From an uncultured Clostridia bacterium (GTDB taxonomy: Bacteria; Bacillota; Clostridia; Christensenellales; CAG-917): a stretch of DNA of 63,529 nucleotides. Both the position numbers and the translations under genes were made by a program. The notes under the pieces were generated by a model that did not search any database, had not been told where the DNA came from, and worked only from the letters and a program-made list of their open reading frames with translations. Of the stretch, positions 32,185-40,445 are shown in pieces. The DNA lies in NCBI GenBank assembly GCA_947382865.1, contig CANDBF010000003.1, forward strand, positions 1-63,529, read 5' to 3'. Position 1 is the first letter of the stretch, and each line of letters opens with the position of its first letter.

Positions 32185-32246
32185 GGACTCGGACCCCCGA
32201 CACTTCGGTTAACAGCCGAATGCTCTACCGACTGAGCTAAACAGGC
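32171..32246 (-). tRNA. tRNA-Asn (anticodon GTT), CCA encoded
   Basis: Minus strand reads GCCTGTTTAGCTCAGTCGGTAGAGCATTCGGCTGTTAACCGAAGTGTCGGGGGTCCGAGTCCCTCAACAGGCGCCA. Folded by hand it gives a cloverleaf with a 7-bp acceptor stem and anticodon loop CTGTTAA. Confidence 0.93.
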
Positions 32247-32315
32247 AATTTATTGATGCTTGATTATAATAATATTATATGACGCTTTTGTCAAGAAAAT
32301 TTTCAAAATTGCGCG

Positions 32316-32897
32316 TCAAGAATTAAAATTTGCGGGAAGTTTTGAAAAGGACAGACCGTAAACGGTGAATTTCTTATTTATACGCAACAGTTTGTCAAAT
32401 CCGAGTCTTTCATAGAATGCCGAAAGCGAGTCGGAATCGGCTACGGCATGCATTCCGTCAACATGCATTCCCGACAAATGACCGACAAGACGCTGAACGA
32501 GCGCTTTTCCCTTACCTTTACCCTGAAAAGAGGGGAGCACATTTATTACAAACCGCGCGGAATAGCCCTGCGGAAGATTTGAAAGCTGCTTGAAATTCTG
32601 ATTTTGTTCGGAATACATTTTTCTGTTCATGCGTTTTAGCTGGGAGATATATTCCGGATAAAGATGCCAAAAACGGTCTTTGTTGACGGAGCAGAGTATA
32701 TATCCGACGGGTTTATCGAATTCGTCGCAAGCGACGAAGCCGTGTTCGGGCTCGAAGTCTATAAAATAATCGCATCTGACCGCGCAGACGGCGTTCATAG
32801 CGTCGTCCTTGAAGTCGGAATGCGCGATATAACGCACCGTTTTGGCGTCCGCAGTACGGTACGGACGTATGCTGTTAAAATTATCAGTTCGATTCAT
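32316..32897 (-). CDS. GNAT family N-acetyltransferase
   Basis: 193-aa ORF with the acetyl-CoA motif FQGKGKGKALVQRL and C-terminal FYERLGF. Confidence 0.8.
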   Translation of the reverse strand: MNRTDNFNSIRPYRTADAKTVRYIAHSDFKDDAMNAVCAVRCDYFIDFEPEHGFVACDEFDKPVGYILCSVNKDRFWHLYPEYISQLKRMNRKMYSEQNQNFKQLSNLPQGYSARFVINVLPSFQGKGKGKALVQRLVGHLSGMHVDGMHAVADSDSLSAFYERLGFDKLLRINKKFTVYGLSFSKLPANFNS

Positions 32898-35800
32898 AAC
32901 CGTACAGCTTAAACATATTGACGTACATCACGCCGCCCTTGTATTCCAGACTTGTGAAGAAGTCGATTGCGGATACCGTTTTCAACAGCTCCTTGACAGT
33001 GCCGTTCATACCCTCTATGTTTGACCAGTGTATCAAATCGCCGATTGTCATATTCGCAAGCAGAACCTTAAATGCATTGCCGAGCTCGGAAATTTTGGAA
33101 TTTTTTATCATCTCGTTGTCGAAAAGGCTTCCCTCCTCGGCGTCGATAAGGTTGCTGACGGTCGCGTTTTCTATGATATCGCTCATATTAGATACGGTGC
33201 CCGTCGCAAGAAGAAGCAATACGGGAGCGCTCTTTTTGTGGACGTACCGGGAAACCGTCATCGCGTTTTCATAAATAGGAGTACGGTCTCCCGTTCCGCT
33301 TTGAATGACGTAAAGCTCGTTCGCGGTGGAAATATATCCGATTTTTTTTGTGAAACGATCGAGAGTGGAATGTACGCTTTCGTCATATGAAACGTACTGT
33401 CCGCCGTCGTATACAAAGTCTCCCATATCGTCCTTGACGTAAATCGTTTCACATCTTCTCAACGAATATTTCAGCGCGTTTTCCGCTTCCGTTATGGACA
33501 GGTCGCTCAAAGGAATAATGAAAGACGGGGATGTGGCGGTTTCCTTCACGAAGTAATCGAGGTCTGCAAATGCCGCGAGATTGACAGAGGTGACCTCTGT
33601 AAATCCGCTTATAGTTCCGCGAACGTAGACCTTATTGCTTCCCGCTCCCGTATATACTGTTGCGGCAATCGCACCCGCGTCCGTAGACGAGGCGGAAGCC
33701 TTGTAATAAACGTTGCCGTAATGGCTGTCTGCCGCGCCGAGGGAAATCACGTACGTACAGAAGGTCGGGTCGTGATGATAAACTCCGCCGTCGAGATAAT
33801 ACAGGTTGCCCAGCGCGCCCTGCGCGGTTATCTCTAATGAGGAAAGCCCCGTAATAGGCTTATAGGAATAATAAATATTGTTCGCCGTATATTTAGAGGG
33901 CTCAAGAGCAAGCTGAGACGAGGTTTTCGTTACATAACGGAAGTCGCTGAACGTGACCTTGCCGTTGGTGTCGAGAACGTAGACGAATTTGTTTTCTCCG
34001 TCGTCCGCGCAAAGTTTGTTTTCGGGGTCGTATTCTATGAAATACTCCGAATTCTCTCCGAAAACGGGCGCGGAAAGTTCAACCGCGTTTTCCGAATATA
34101 TGTCGATAAGCTCCGACAGCATCATATCGTCGATGACCGCTTCCATAGAATCCGCCATATTGTCGACCTTGACGTAAGCCAGCTTTTTGAGAATATTGGA
34201 GCTTGTACCCGATGAAGCAATGCGGAAATAGACTTTGTCCGCGTTTGACGGGTCGCTACGGAAGCCCTCGTCCGCAATGCGGTAGACGGAGGTTGCCGCG
34301 TCGTAATAATAGTAACGCTCGTCGGGATTGTCGGTTATATACTGGGGAGAGGCGACGGCATAAACGTCCGCGTCTATGTCCATAACGTCCGCAATAGACA
34401 GTGAATCGAATGCGGTCGAAAAGCCGCCAAGACTCGCGCCCGCGAAGCGTTGAAGCACGGATGACGAAGCGCCATCAACCTTGCGTTTGCCGTATCTTTG
34501 AACGTTCGGGTCGGTATGAACGGCCGGATTGTACAGCGCGTAGCATCCGTCTTCCTCGCTGTAAACGTATTTGCCGTGAGCGTTGTCGGGGACGTATTCG
34601 TCGGATACTATATCTATAACGTCGGACAGAGCAAGGTCGTTGATATCGTCGCCGATGGTTTTGAGAGTGCTGTCTTTGAGCGCTTTTATTATTTTGGAGG
34701 AAGCCGTCTCGGCGTCGACGATGTCGCCTATGGTAAGATTCGAGACAATCTCGTCGGCGTCCTGTAGCTCTCTCACCGTCATATAGTTGAGAGACTGTAA
34801 AAGCGCCGACGCGGTGCCCTTGTGAATGCGTATATAATAGGACTGCGCCTCGTCGACTTCTTCGAGAGCGCTGTCATTGTCTATGACTTCGTCGGTTACG
34901 ATCCATTTCCCGCCGTCGCGTATTGCCTCATCCGTAATAAGACTTACGGGAACGAGCTCCTTAAATAAAAGAGTATAGCCCGTGGCAGAAACCGTATCTA
35001 TTTTGTTTGCATAGCCCTGTACGAAAACGTTCGTCTCGTTGGCGGGAGGAGTTGAAAGAGTGGTTACGGGGACGTATTCCAGACGGCGGTAGTACTTTTG
35101 CGTGTTTTCGCTTGCGTCGAAATCCTCGTTATAGCAAGAGTTGTCGATGACGTATTTGCCGTCGGCAGTCTTTTTGTAGCGCATTTCGAGAATATTCATC
35201 GCGTCTGCCACGCCGTCTCCGTCCGTGTCCTTGCCGTTTGGGAAATATCTTTCCGCGCCCGTCTTGGGAATATAGCTCTTATCCGCCAGCTCCGTCGCGG
35301 AAACCTCTTCGTATTTATCGCAGTATACGTACTTCGTAAGCTCGCCGCAGGGAATGAACGTATCGGTGTCGACGTTCAGAATCGTGTCGAGCATAAGCAC
35401 GTTTATGACGCTGCCGAACTCGTCGAGTCCGACGTCCTGTAAGTCGGAAAGGAGTTTGTTGTCGTTTACTCCCAAATCTATACCCAAAGTGTCCTTAATA
35501 CGGCGAATGGATATGCTCCCGTTAAGACTGTTCAATATGTTGTCCATAGCGACGTTGAGACCTACGTTCATATTGTCGTCGAGTATTGGTAGACCATAGG
35601 AGGAGAAATCTATTTGCGTCAGGGTGGACACGTCTTGCAGGGTGAACGAGTTTATCAGTTTTGACGGCTCTTTCACCAAGGAGGTTATGGGCTTGTCGTA
35701 AAAATCCTTGGTTGTGAAATCAAGACCGCTGATACCTTTGAAAAAATCGATGCCGTAATGCTCGTAAAGAGTTTTCAGGCTGAGGCTGTCAAAATTCTGA

Positions 35801-36021
35801 ATATCCGAAAGGATAATGTCTTTCGCGGCGTGCCAGACGTTTTTATCGTATATTTCGCTGTCGGGAGAGAAGACTTCTTCGCCAATAAACGTGTCCTGCA
35901 GCTTGCCCACCGAAACGGAAAGTCCCAGTCCGAGCACAGTGCCGCCTATGGCGATTACGAAAAGCAGTATACCGATTATCAAACCGAGTACAAAAGTCAG
36001 TGTTCCGCGTAAAACCCTCAT
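32884..36021 (-). CDS. very large (1045 aa) N-terminally membrane-anchored protein of unknown function
   Basis: Uninterrupted ORF with one N-terminal TM segment (FVLGLIIGILLFVIAIGGTVLGLGL). Recurring (L/M)(T/S)(I/L)xD(V/I/L)(I/M)D-type motifs. Overlaps the GNAT start by 14 nt. Confidence 0.75.
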   Translation of the reverse strand: MRVLRGTLTFVLGLIIGILLFVIAIGGTVLGLGLSVSVGKLQDTFIGEEVFSPDSEIYDKNVWHAAKDIILSDIQNFDSLSLKTLYEHYGIDFFKGISGLDFTTKDFYDKPITSLVKEPSKLINSFTLQDVSTLTQIDFSSYGLPILDDNMNVGLNVAMDNILNSLNGSISIRRIKDTLGIDLGVNDNKLLSDLQDVGLDEFGSVINVLMLDTILNVDTDTFIPCGELTKYVYCDKYEEVSATELADKSYIPKTGAERYFPNGKDTDGDGVADAMNILEMRYKKTADGKYVIDNSCYNEDFDASENTQKYYRRLEYVPVTTLSTPPANETNVFVQGYANKIDTVSATGYTLLFKELVPVSLITDEAIRDGGKWIVTDEVIDNDSALEEVDEAQSYYIRIHKGTASALLQSLNYMTVRELQDADEIVSNLTIGDIVDAETASSKIIKALKDSTLKTIGDDINDLALSDVIDIVSDEYVPDNAHGKYVYSEEDGCYALYNPAVHTDPNVQRYGKRKVDGASSSVLQRFAGASLGGFSTAFDSLSIADVMDIDADVYAVASPQYITDNPDERYYYYDAATSVYRIADEGFRSDPSNADKVYFRIASSGTSSNILKKLAYVKVDNMADSMEAVIDDMMLSELIDIYSENAVELSAPVFGENSEYFIEYDPENKLCADDGENKFVYVLDTNGKVTFSDFRYVTKTSSQLALEPSKYTANNIYYSYKPITGLSSLEITAQGALGNLYYLDGGVYHHDPTFCTYVISLGAADSHYGNVYYKASASSTDAGAIAATVYTGAGSNKVYVRGTISGFTEVTSVNLAAFADLDYFVKETATSPSFIIPLSDLSITEAENALKYSLRRCETIYVKDDMGDFVYDGGQYVSYDESVHSTLDRFTKKIGYISTANELYVIQSGTGDRTPIYENAMTVSRYVHKKSAPVLLLLATGTVSNMSDIIENATVSNLIDAEEGSLFDNEMIKNSKISELGNAFKVLLANMTIGDLIHWSNIEGMNGTVKELLKTVSAIDFFTSLEYKGGVMYVNMFKLYGYESN

Positions 36022-36076
36022 ATTTTCCTCGCATAAGAAGTTTTATTTTGATTGCGCGCAGGGCGCGCGCCGAGCG

Positions 36077-36850
36077 TCACCCGAATATCCTTGCGAATAT
36101 CGAGCCGATGGGATTGTGTCCGTAAAAGAATCCGCAAACGGGCGACTGTCTGAAAAATTCGTCCACCGAGGGTACCGCTTTGCCGATAGAACGCATAATC
36201 GCAAGCACAAGCAGTATGAACAGCAAGCCCAGAGCGACCGCGACTATCGCGCCAAGAGTCCTGTCTATCGCTCGGGCGGTAGGGTTCTCGGAGGAGTGCA
36301 TTTCCTTGAATATCTTGCGCAATATGCGGCATATAATCGCAAGCGCTATACAGTACAGGATGAAAGCTATCGCAGCAACGATTATGCTTGTTATCATGTC
36401 CGCCGCCGCCTGACTCAGCGATTTGCCGCCGTTTTCCTCGGTTATGAAGCGTTTTGCAAGCCACTGCGCAAACTTTGCCTTTGACTCTTGAACAAGACCG
36501 TTGCCGCTTGCCGATTCCAGAGGCATTTTCTGAACGGAACCGTCGTACTCGGCGTAAATGTAGTACGAGCCGTCGTCCGCGATATAAATAGGCTCCGTAA
36601 ACACAGCGCCCCAGCCGCTCGCCTTGGAGGCGATGGAGTCGCTCATTTTCCTGATACCTTCGGTGTTGCAGATAGGAGCGAGGGTAGCGCCGACAAGCAG
36701 AAGCGAAACAAGTATAATAGCTACGGATTTGAAAAAACCTTTAAGCGCGCGGGACACGCCTCCGAATATACCTCCCAGAAGACATATCGCGAGTATAACG
36801 AAAAAGCCTATGTCCGCGTAAGATAATGTTGCCGAAATCAAAGCCGTCAT
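36077..36850 (-). CDS. CvpA-family membrane protein
   Basis: 257-aa ORF with CvpA-like N-terminal TM pair (DIGFFVILAICLLGGIFGG) and C-terminal TM segments. Confidence 0.6.
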   Translation of the reverse strand: MTALISATLSYADIGFFVILAICLLGGIFGGVSRALKGFFKSVAIILVSLLLVGATLAPICNTEGIRKMSDSIASKASGWGAVFTEPIYIADDGSYYIYAEYDGSVQKMPLESASGNGLVQESKAKFAQWLAKRFITEENGGKSLSQAAADMITSIIVAAIAFILYCIALAIICRILRKIFKEMHSSENPTARAIDRTLGAIVAVALGLLFILLVLAIMRSIGKAVPSVDEFFRQSPVCGFFYGHNPIGSIFARIFG

Positions 36851-37046
36851 TTTTACCCTGTTAACCGCCGCGCTTTGCGCTAGTGATGTATATGCGCGCG
36901 CCGCGACGGATAAATACTTTCACATTATTATGTTTATTATAACCGAAATCGGACAGCTTGTGCAACACAATTTTCCTATTGCCATATTCTGTATATTACT
37001 TTTTTCGCGGAAGTATTTTTTTGCGCATATTGTCAACAATCATAAA

Positions 37047-37625
37047 ATGAAAAAATCTCTGAAAAACGATACTGCTTCAAAGCAAAAGACTAACAATATC
37101 GAGGAAAATGCCGCAGAATGCTTCTGCGACGACGAGGCGATTGCGCCGTTTGTAGGCGCGCTGTTCAGAGCCGTCACCGAATGTGACGACAGACCCGTTG
37201 TGGTGGTGTGCTTCGGCACGACCGCGATATCGGGGGATTCGCTGGGACCGATGGTGGGCAGCATACTCAAAGACAGATACGACGTTCCGGCCTTCGTATA
37301 CGGAACCGAGGAGCACTCCGTGAACGGGAAAAATATGAACGACTGGATGACGTTCATAAGGCAGGTGCACGGGGACGCGATGTTTATAGCTGTCGACGCA
37401 AGTCTCGGCGCGAGCGACAAGGTCGGTCAGATTGTGCTGAGAAACGACGGCGTTTGCCCCGCCGCCATAAAAGGCAAAAAAACGCGTTTCGGAGACGTGG
37501 GAATTCTTGCGGTCGTTGCCGAAAGCTCGAACGATCCGCTGATGCAGCTTATGTCCGTTTCGCCGTTTTACGTACAGAAACTGGCTGATAAAATAGGCTT
37601 TATGCTAAAAAGCGTGCTTTGTTGA
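37047..37625 (+). CDS. yyaC: sporulation protein YyaC (GPR-like endopeptidase family)
   Basis: Motif VVCFGTTAISGDSLGPMVG resembles CIGTDRSTGDxLGPLVG of YyaC. YyaC is origin-proximal as in Bacillus. Start set at MKKSLKN. Confidence 0.8.
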   Translation: MKKSLKNDTASKQKTNNIEENAAECFCDDEAIAPFVGALFRAVTECDDRPVVVVCFGTTAISGDSLGPMVGSILKDRYDVPAFVYGTEEHSVNGKNMNDWMTFIRQVHGDAMFIAVDASLGASDKVGQIVLRNDGVCPAAIKGKKTRFGDVGILAVVAESSNDPLMQLMSVSPFYVQKLADKIGFMLKSVLC

Positions 37626-37651
37626 ATTGCCAAAGATTTACGTAAAAATGC

Positions 37652-37679
37652 AAAATCCGCGCTTGTCGCGGATTTTTTT
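37652..37679 (+). terminator. intrinsic terminator after yyaC
   Basis: AAAATCCGCG, loop, CGCGGATTTT followed by a T-run. Confidence 0.8.
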
Positions 37680-37789
37680 GTGTCATCCGAACGGCGTAAA
37701 ATTTCATAGATTCATATGTCATAATTCCGCGCGCATTGCGGTCTTATTCGGGACTCGGCCGTAATCGCATATTAACATTTTCGTTGCCA

Positions 37790-37819
37790 TTGACACGGTA
37801 TTTGCCTAAATGCTATAAT
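37790..37819 (+). promoter_or_regulatory. sigma-A type promoter of the ABC-2 transporter operon
   Basis: TTGACA, 18 nt, TATAAT. Confidence 0.6.
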
Positions 37820-37878
37820 TCTTTAATTCAAAACGTGCGTTGCAGAAAGTTGCAATCCGTATTATTTACGAGGTAAAG

Positions 37879-38790
37879 GTGGAAAAGGTAATCGAAATAG
37901 AGGGGCTGAGCAAGAGCTTCGGGGACGTCAAGGCGGTGCGGGATATCTCTTTCAACGTAAGAGAGGGGGAGCTGTTCGCCTTCCTCGGCGTTAACGGCGC
38001 GGGCAAAAGCACGACGATTTCCATTATATGCGGACAGCTTGCAAAGGACGGCGGAAAGGTTTACGTGAACGGCGTCGACGTCGATAGAGCGAACGACGCG
38101 ATAAAACGCGAAATCGGAGTGGTGTTTCAGAGCTCGGCGCTGGACAAGTCGCTGAGCGTTAAGGACAATCTGAAAAGCAGGGCGGCATGCTACGGCATAT
38201 GCGGAGAGAATTTCAAGAAGAGGAGCGCGGAGCTCGGCGAGCTGTTCGAGTTGGAGCCGATAATGAAGAGGGCGGTCGGAAAGTTGTCGGGCGGTCAGCG
38301 CAGGCGCGTGGATATAGCAAGGGCGCTGCTCCCTTCTCCCAAAATACTCATTCTCGACGAGCCGACGACGGGTCTCGACCCGCAGACGAGAAAGAAGCTC
38401 TGGGAAATTCTGAGCAGACTCAGAAAGGAAGAGAATATGACCGTTTTCCTCACCACTCATTATATGGAAGAGGCGGCGGAGGCGGATTACGTAGTGATTA
38501 TCGACAGCGGCGAAATCGTCGCGGAGGGCACGCCGCACGAATTGAAGAACAGATACACAGGCGATTTTATAACCATATACAACGCCGACGAGGAAGAAAT
38601 AAAAAAGCTGGGACTTCCCTATGAAAGGCTGCGCGACGCGTACAGAATAGAGGTGCCCGACACCGCCGCCGCGACGGAAATCATAGTCAACAACAAAGCG
38701 CTGTTCAACGATTACGAGGTTGTGAGGGGCAGAATGGACGACGTTTTCCTTTCCGTCACGGGAAAGAAGCTCGGGGAGGAGGACAAATGA
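37879..38790 (+). CDS. ABC transporter ATP-binding protein (ABC-2/DrrA-like)
   Basis: Walker A GVNGAGKST, signature LSGGQRRR and Walker B ILILDEPT. Start placed at a GTG after GAGGT; an ATG at 37840 is possible. Confidence 0.88.
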   Translation: MEKVIEIEGLSKSFGDVKAVRDISFNVREGELFAFLGVNGAGKSTTISIICGQLAKDGGKVYVNGVDVDRANDAIKREIGVVFQSSALDKSLSVKDNLKSRAACYGICGENFKKRSAELGELFELEPIMKRAVGKLSGGQRRRVDIARALLPSPKILILDEPTTGLDPQTRKKLWEILSRLRKEENMTVFLTTHYMEEAAEADYVVIIDSGEIVAEGTPHELKNRYTGDFITIYNADEEEIKKLGLPYERLRDAYRIEVPDTAAATEIIVNNKALFNDYEVVRGRMDDVFLSVTGKKLGEEDK

Positions 38791-39725
38791 AGACCTTTTT
38801 CGTAATGTGCGAAAGAAATATAAAGCTGTTTTTCAAGGATAAGGGACTGTTTTTCACCTCGCTTATAACTCCAATAATTTTGCTGGTCTTGTACGTCGCG
38901 TTTTTGGCAAACGTATATAAGAGCAGTATGCTGTCGGCAATTCCCGAGGGCTTTGAGATCCCCGAAAAAATCGTAAACGGCGTGGTTGGCGGACAGTTGT
39001 TTTCCTCTCTGCTTGCAGTGATTACGGTTACCGTTTCCTTTTGCGCGAATATGGTTATGGTACAGGACAAGCTGACGGGCGCCGCTGCGGATTTTGCCGT
39101 CACGCCCCTGAAAAAGCCCGTGCAGGCAATGGCGTATTACGTATCCACTCTGGCGGTGACGATGATAATCTGCCTCGTCGCGACAGTCGCAAGCATGATT
39201 TATCTTGCGTGCGTAGGTTGGTATCTATCCGTTGGCGACGTGTTTTTGCTGTTGCTGGATACCTTTTTGCTTACGGTATTCGGCACTGCGCTGTCCTCGT
39301 TTGTCAACGTTTTTGTGAGTACGAACGGGCAGGCGCAGGCGGTGGGCACGATCGTAAGCGCGGGCTACGGATTTATCTGCGGAGCATATATGCCGCTTTC
39401 AAATCTGGGAAAGGGACTTCAAAACGTCGCGTCTCTGCTTCCCGGCACGTACGGCACTGCGCTCTTCCGCAATAACGCGCTCGGGGGTTCGTTTAACGCT
39501 CTAAGCGATATAGGAGTTCCGCAGGAGGTCATAAACGGCATAAAGGATTCCATCGACTGCAATCTGTATTTCTTCGGCAGTAAGGTGAGCGTAGGCGCGA
39601 TGTACGGGGTCATTGTGCTGACGACCGCGGTCGTGATAGGAGCGTACGTGCTTGCAACCGTCGTGAAGGGCAAAAACAAAAATACGCTTATAATAAAACC
39701 CGAGAAAAAGAAAAAAGCCGAATGA
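38787..39725 (+). CDS. ABC-2 type transporter permease
   Basis: 312-aa polytopic ORF overlapping the stop of the ATPase gene. Confidence 0.85.
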   Translation: MKTFFVMCERNIKLFFKDKGLFFTSLITPIILLVLYVAFLANVYKSSMLSAIPEGFEIPEKIVNGVVGGQLFSSLLAVITVTVSFCANMVMVQDKLTGAAADFAVTPLKKPVQAMAYYVSTLAVTMIICLVATVASMIYLACVGWYLSVGDVFLLLLDTFLLTVFGTALSSFVNVFVSTNGQAQAVGTIVSAGYGFICGAYMPLSNLGKGLQNVASLLPGTYGTALFRNNALGGSFNALSDIGVPQEVINGIKDSIDCNLYFFGSKVSVGAMYGVIVLTTAVVIGAYVLATVVKGKNKNTLIIKPEKKKKAE

Positions 39726-39743
39726 CGGCCTATCAATTTTATT

Positions 39744-39772
39744 TATGCCGCGTGAAATGCGGCATATTTTTT
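39744..39772. terminator. bidirectional terminator between the ABC permease gene and lepB
   Basis: TATGCCGC, loop, GCGGCATA followed by T6. Confidence 0.7.
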
Positions 39773-39773
39773 G

Positions 39774-40418
39774 TCATTTTACCGTACGCAGCTTTCCTTT
39801 TATGGATTTGACGAGGAAGCATTTGCCTACGACGCAATCGAGGGGAACAGAGTCGTATACGCGGCAGTCGGTGGAGTGGTTGCGGTTGTCGCCCATACAG
39901 AATATGAAGCCTTCGGGAACGTACACGTCCATATCGGCGTTGTCCGTCATCGGCTCGTTGATATAATCCTCTTCGAGCAGGCTCCCGTTCAGGTAAACCC
40001 GATTGTCGATAATCTGCAAGCGGTCTCCGCCGACGGCTATTACGCGCTTTACAAGCGAAGGATGCTTGCCGTTTACGTCGGCAATGCCCCAGTTTTCGGG
40101 TGTGAACACGACGATATCCCCGCGCTTGATTTTTGCCAGCTTGTTGAGATACAGCGTCTCTCCGTTGGCGAGAATACGCGCGTTGTCCTCCTCGTCGAGG
40201 GGAAATTCCGAATTCGGACCGTCGCCGCCGTCCAACGTCGGATACATCGAAATGCCGTCCACTATATATGTGGCGATAACGTAATGTTTGACCAGCAAAG
40301 CGGACGACACCGCGAGAATTATCACAAGCAATACGACGACCGCCGCTACGATTGCGCGGCGGCCGGGGTGCTTCTTTTGTTCAAATTCTACGGATTGTAA
40401 GGGTGATTGCATACTCAA
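39774..40418 (-). CDS. lepB: signal peptidase I
   Basis: S26 motifs GISMYPTL, GDIVVF, VKRVIAVGGD and GDNRNHSTD, with an N-terminal TM segment. Confidence 0.92.
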   Translation of the reverse strand: MSMQSPLQSVEFEQKKHPGRRAIVAAVVVLLVIILAVSSALLVKHYVIATYIVDGISMYPTLDGGDGPNSEFPLDEEDNARILANGETLYLNKLAKIKRGDIVVFTPENWGIADVNGKHPSLVKRVIAVGGDRLQIIDNRVYLNGSLLEEDYINEPMTDNADMDVYVPEGFIFCMGDNRNHSTDCRVYDSVPLDCVVGKCFLVKSIKGKLRTVK

Positions 40419-40445
40419 AGTATATGGCGGATTTGCGCAATATTT

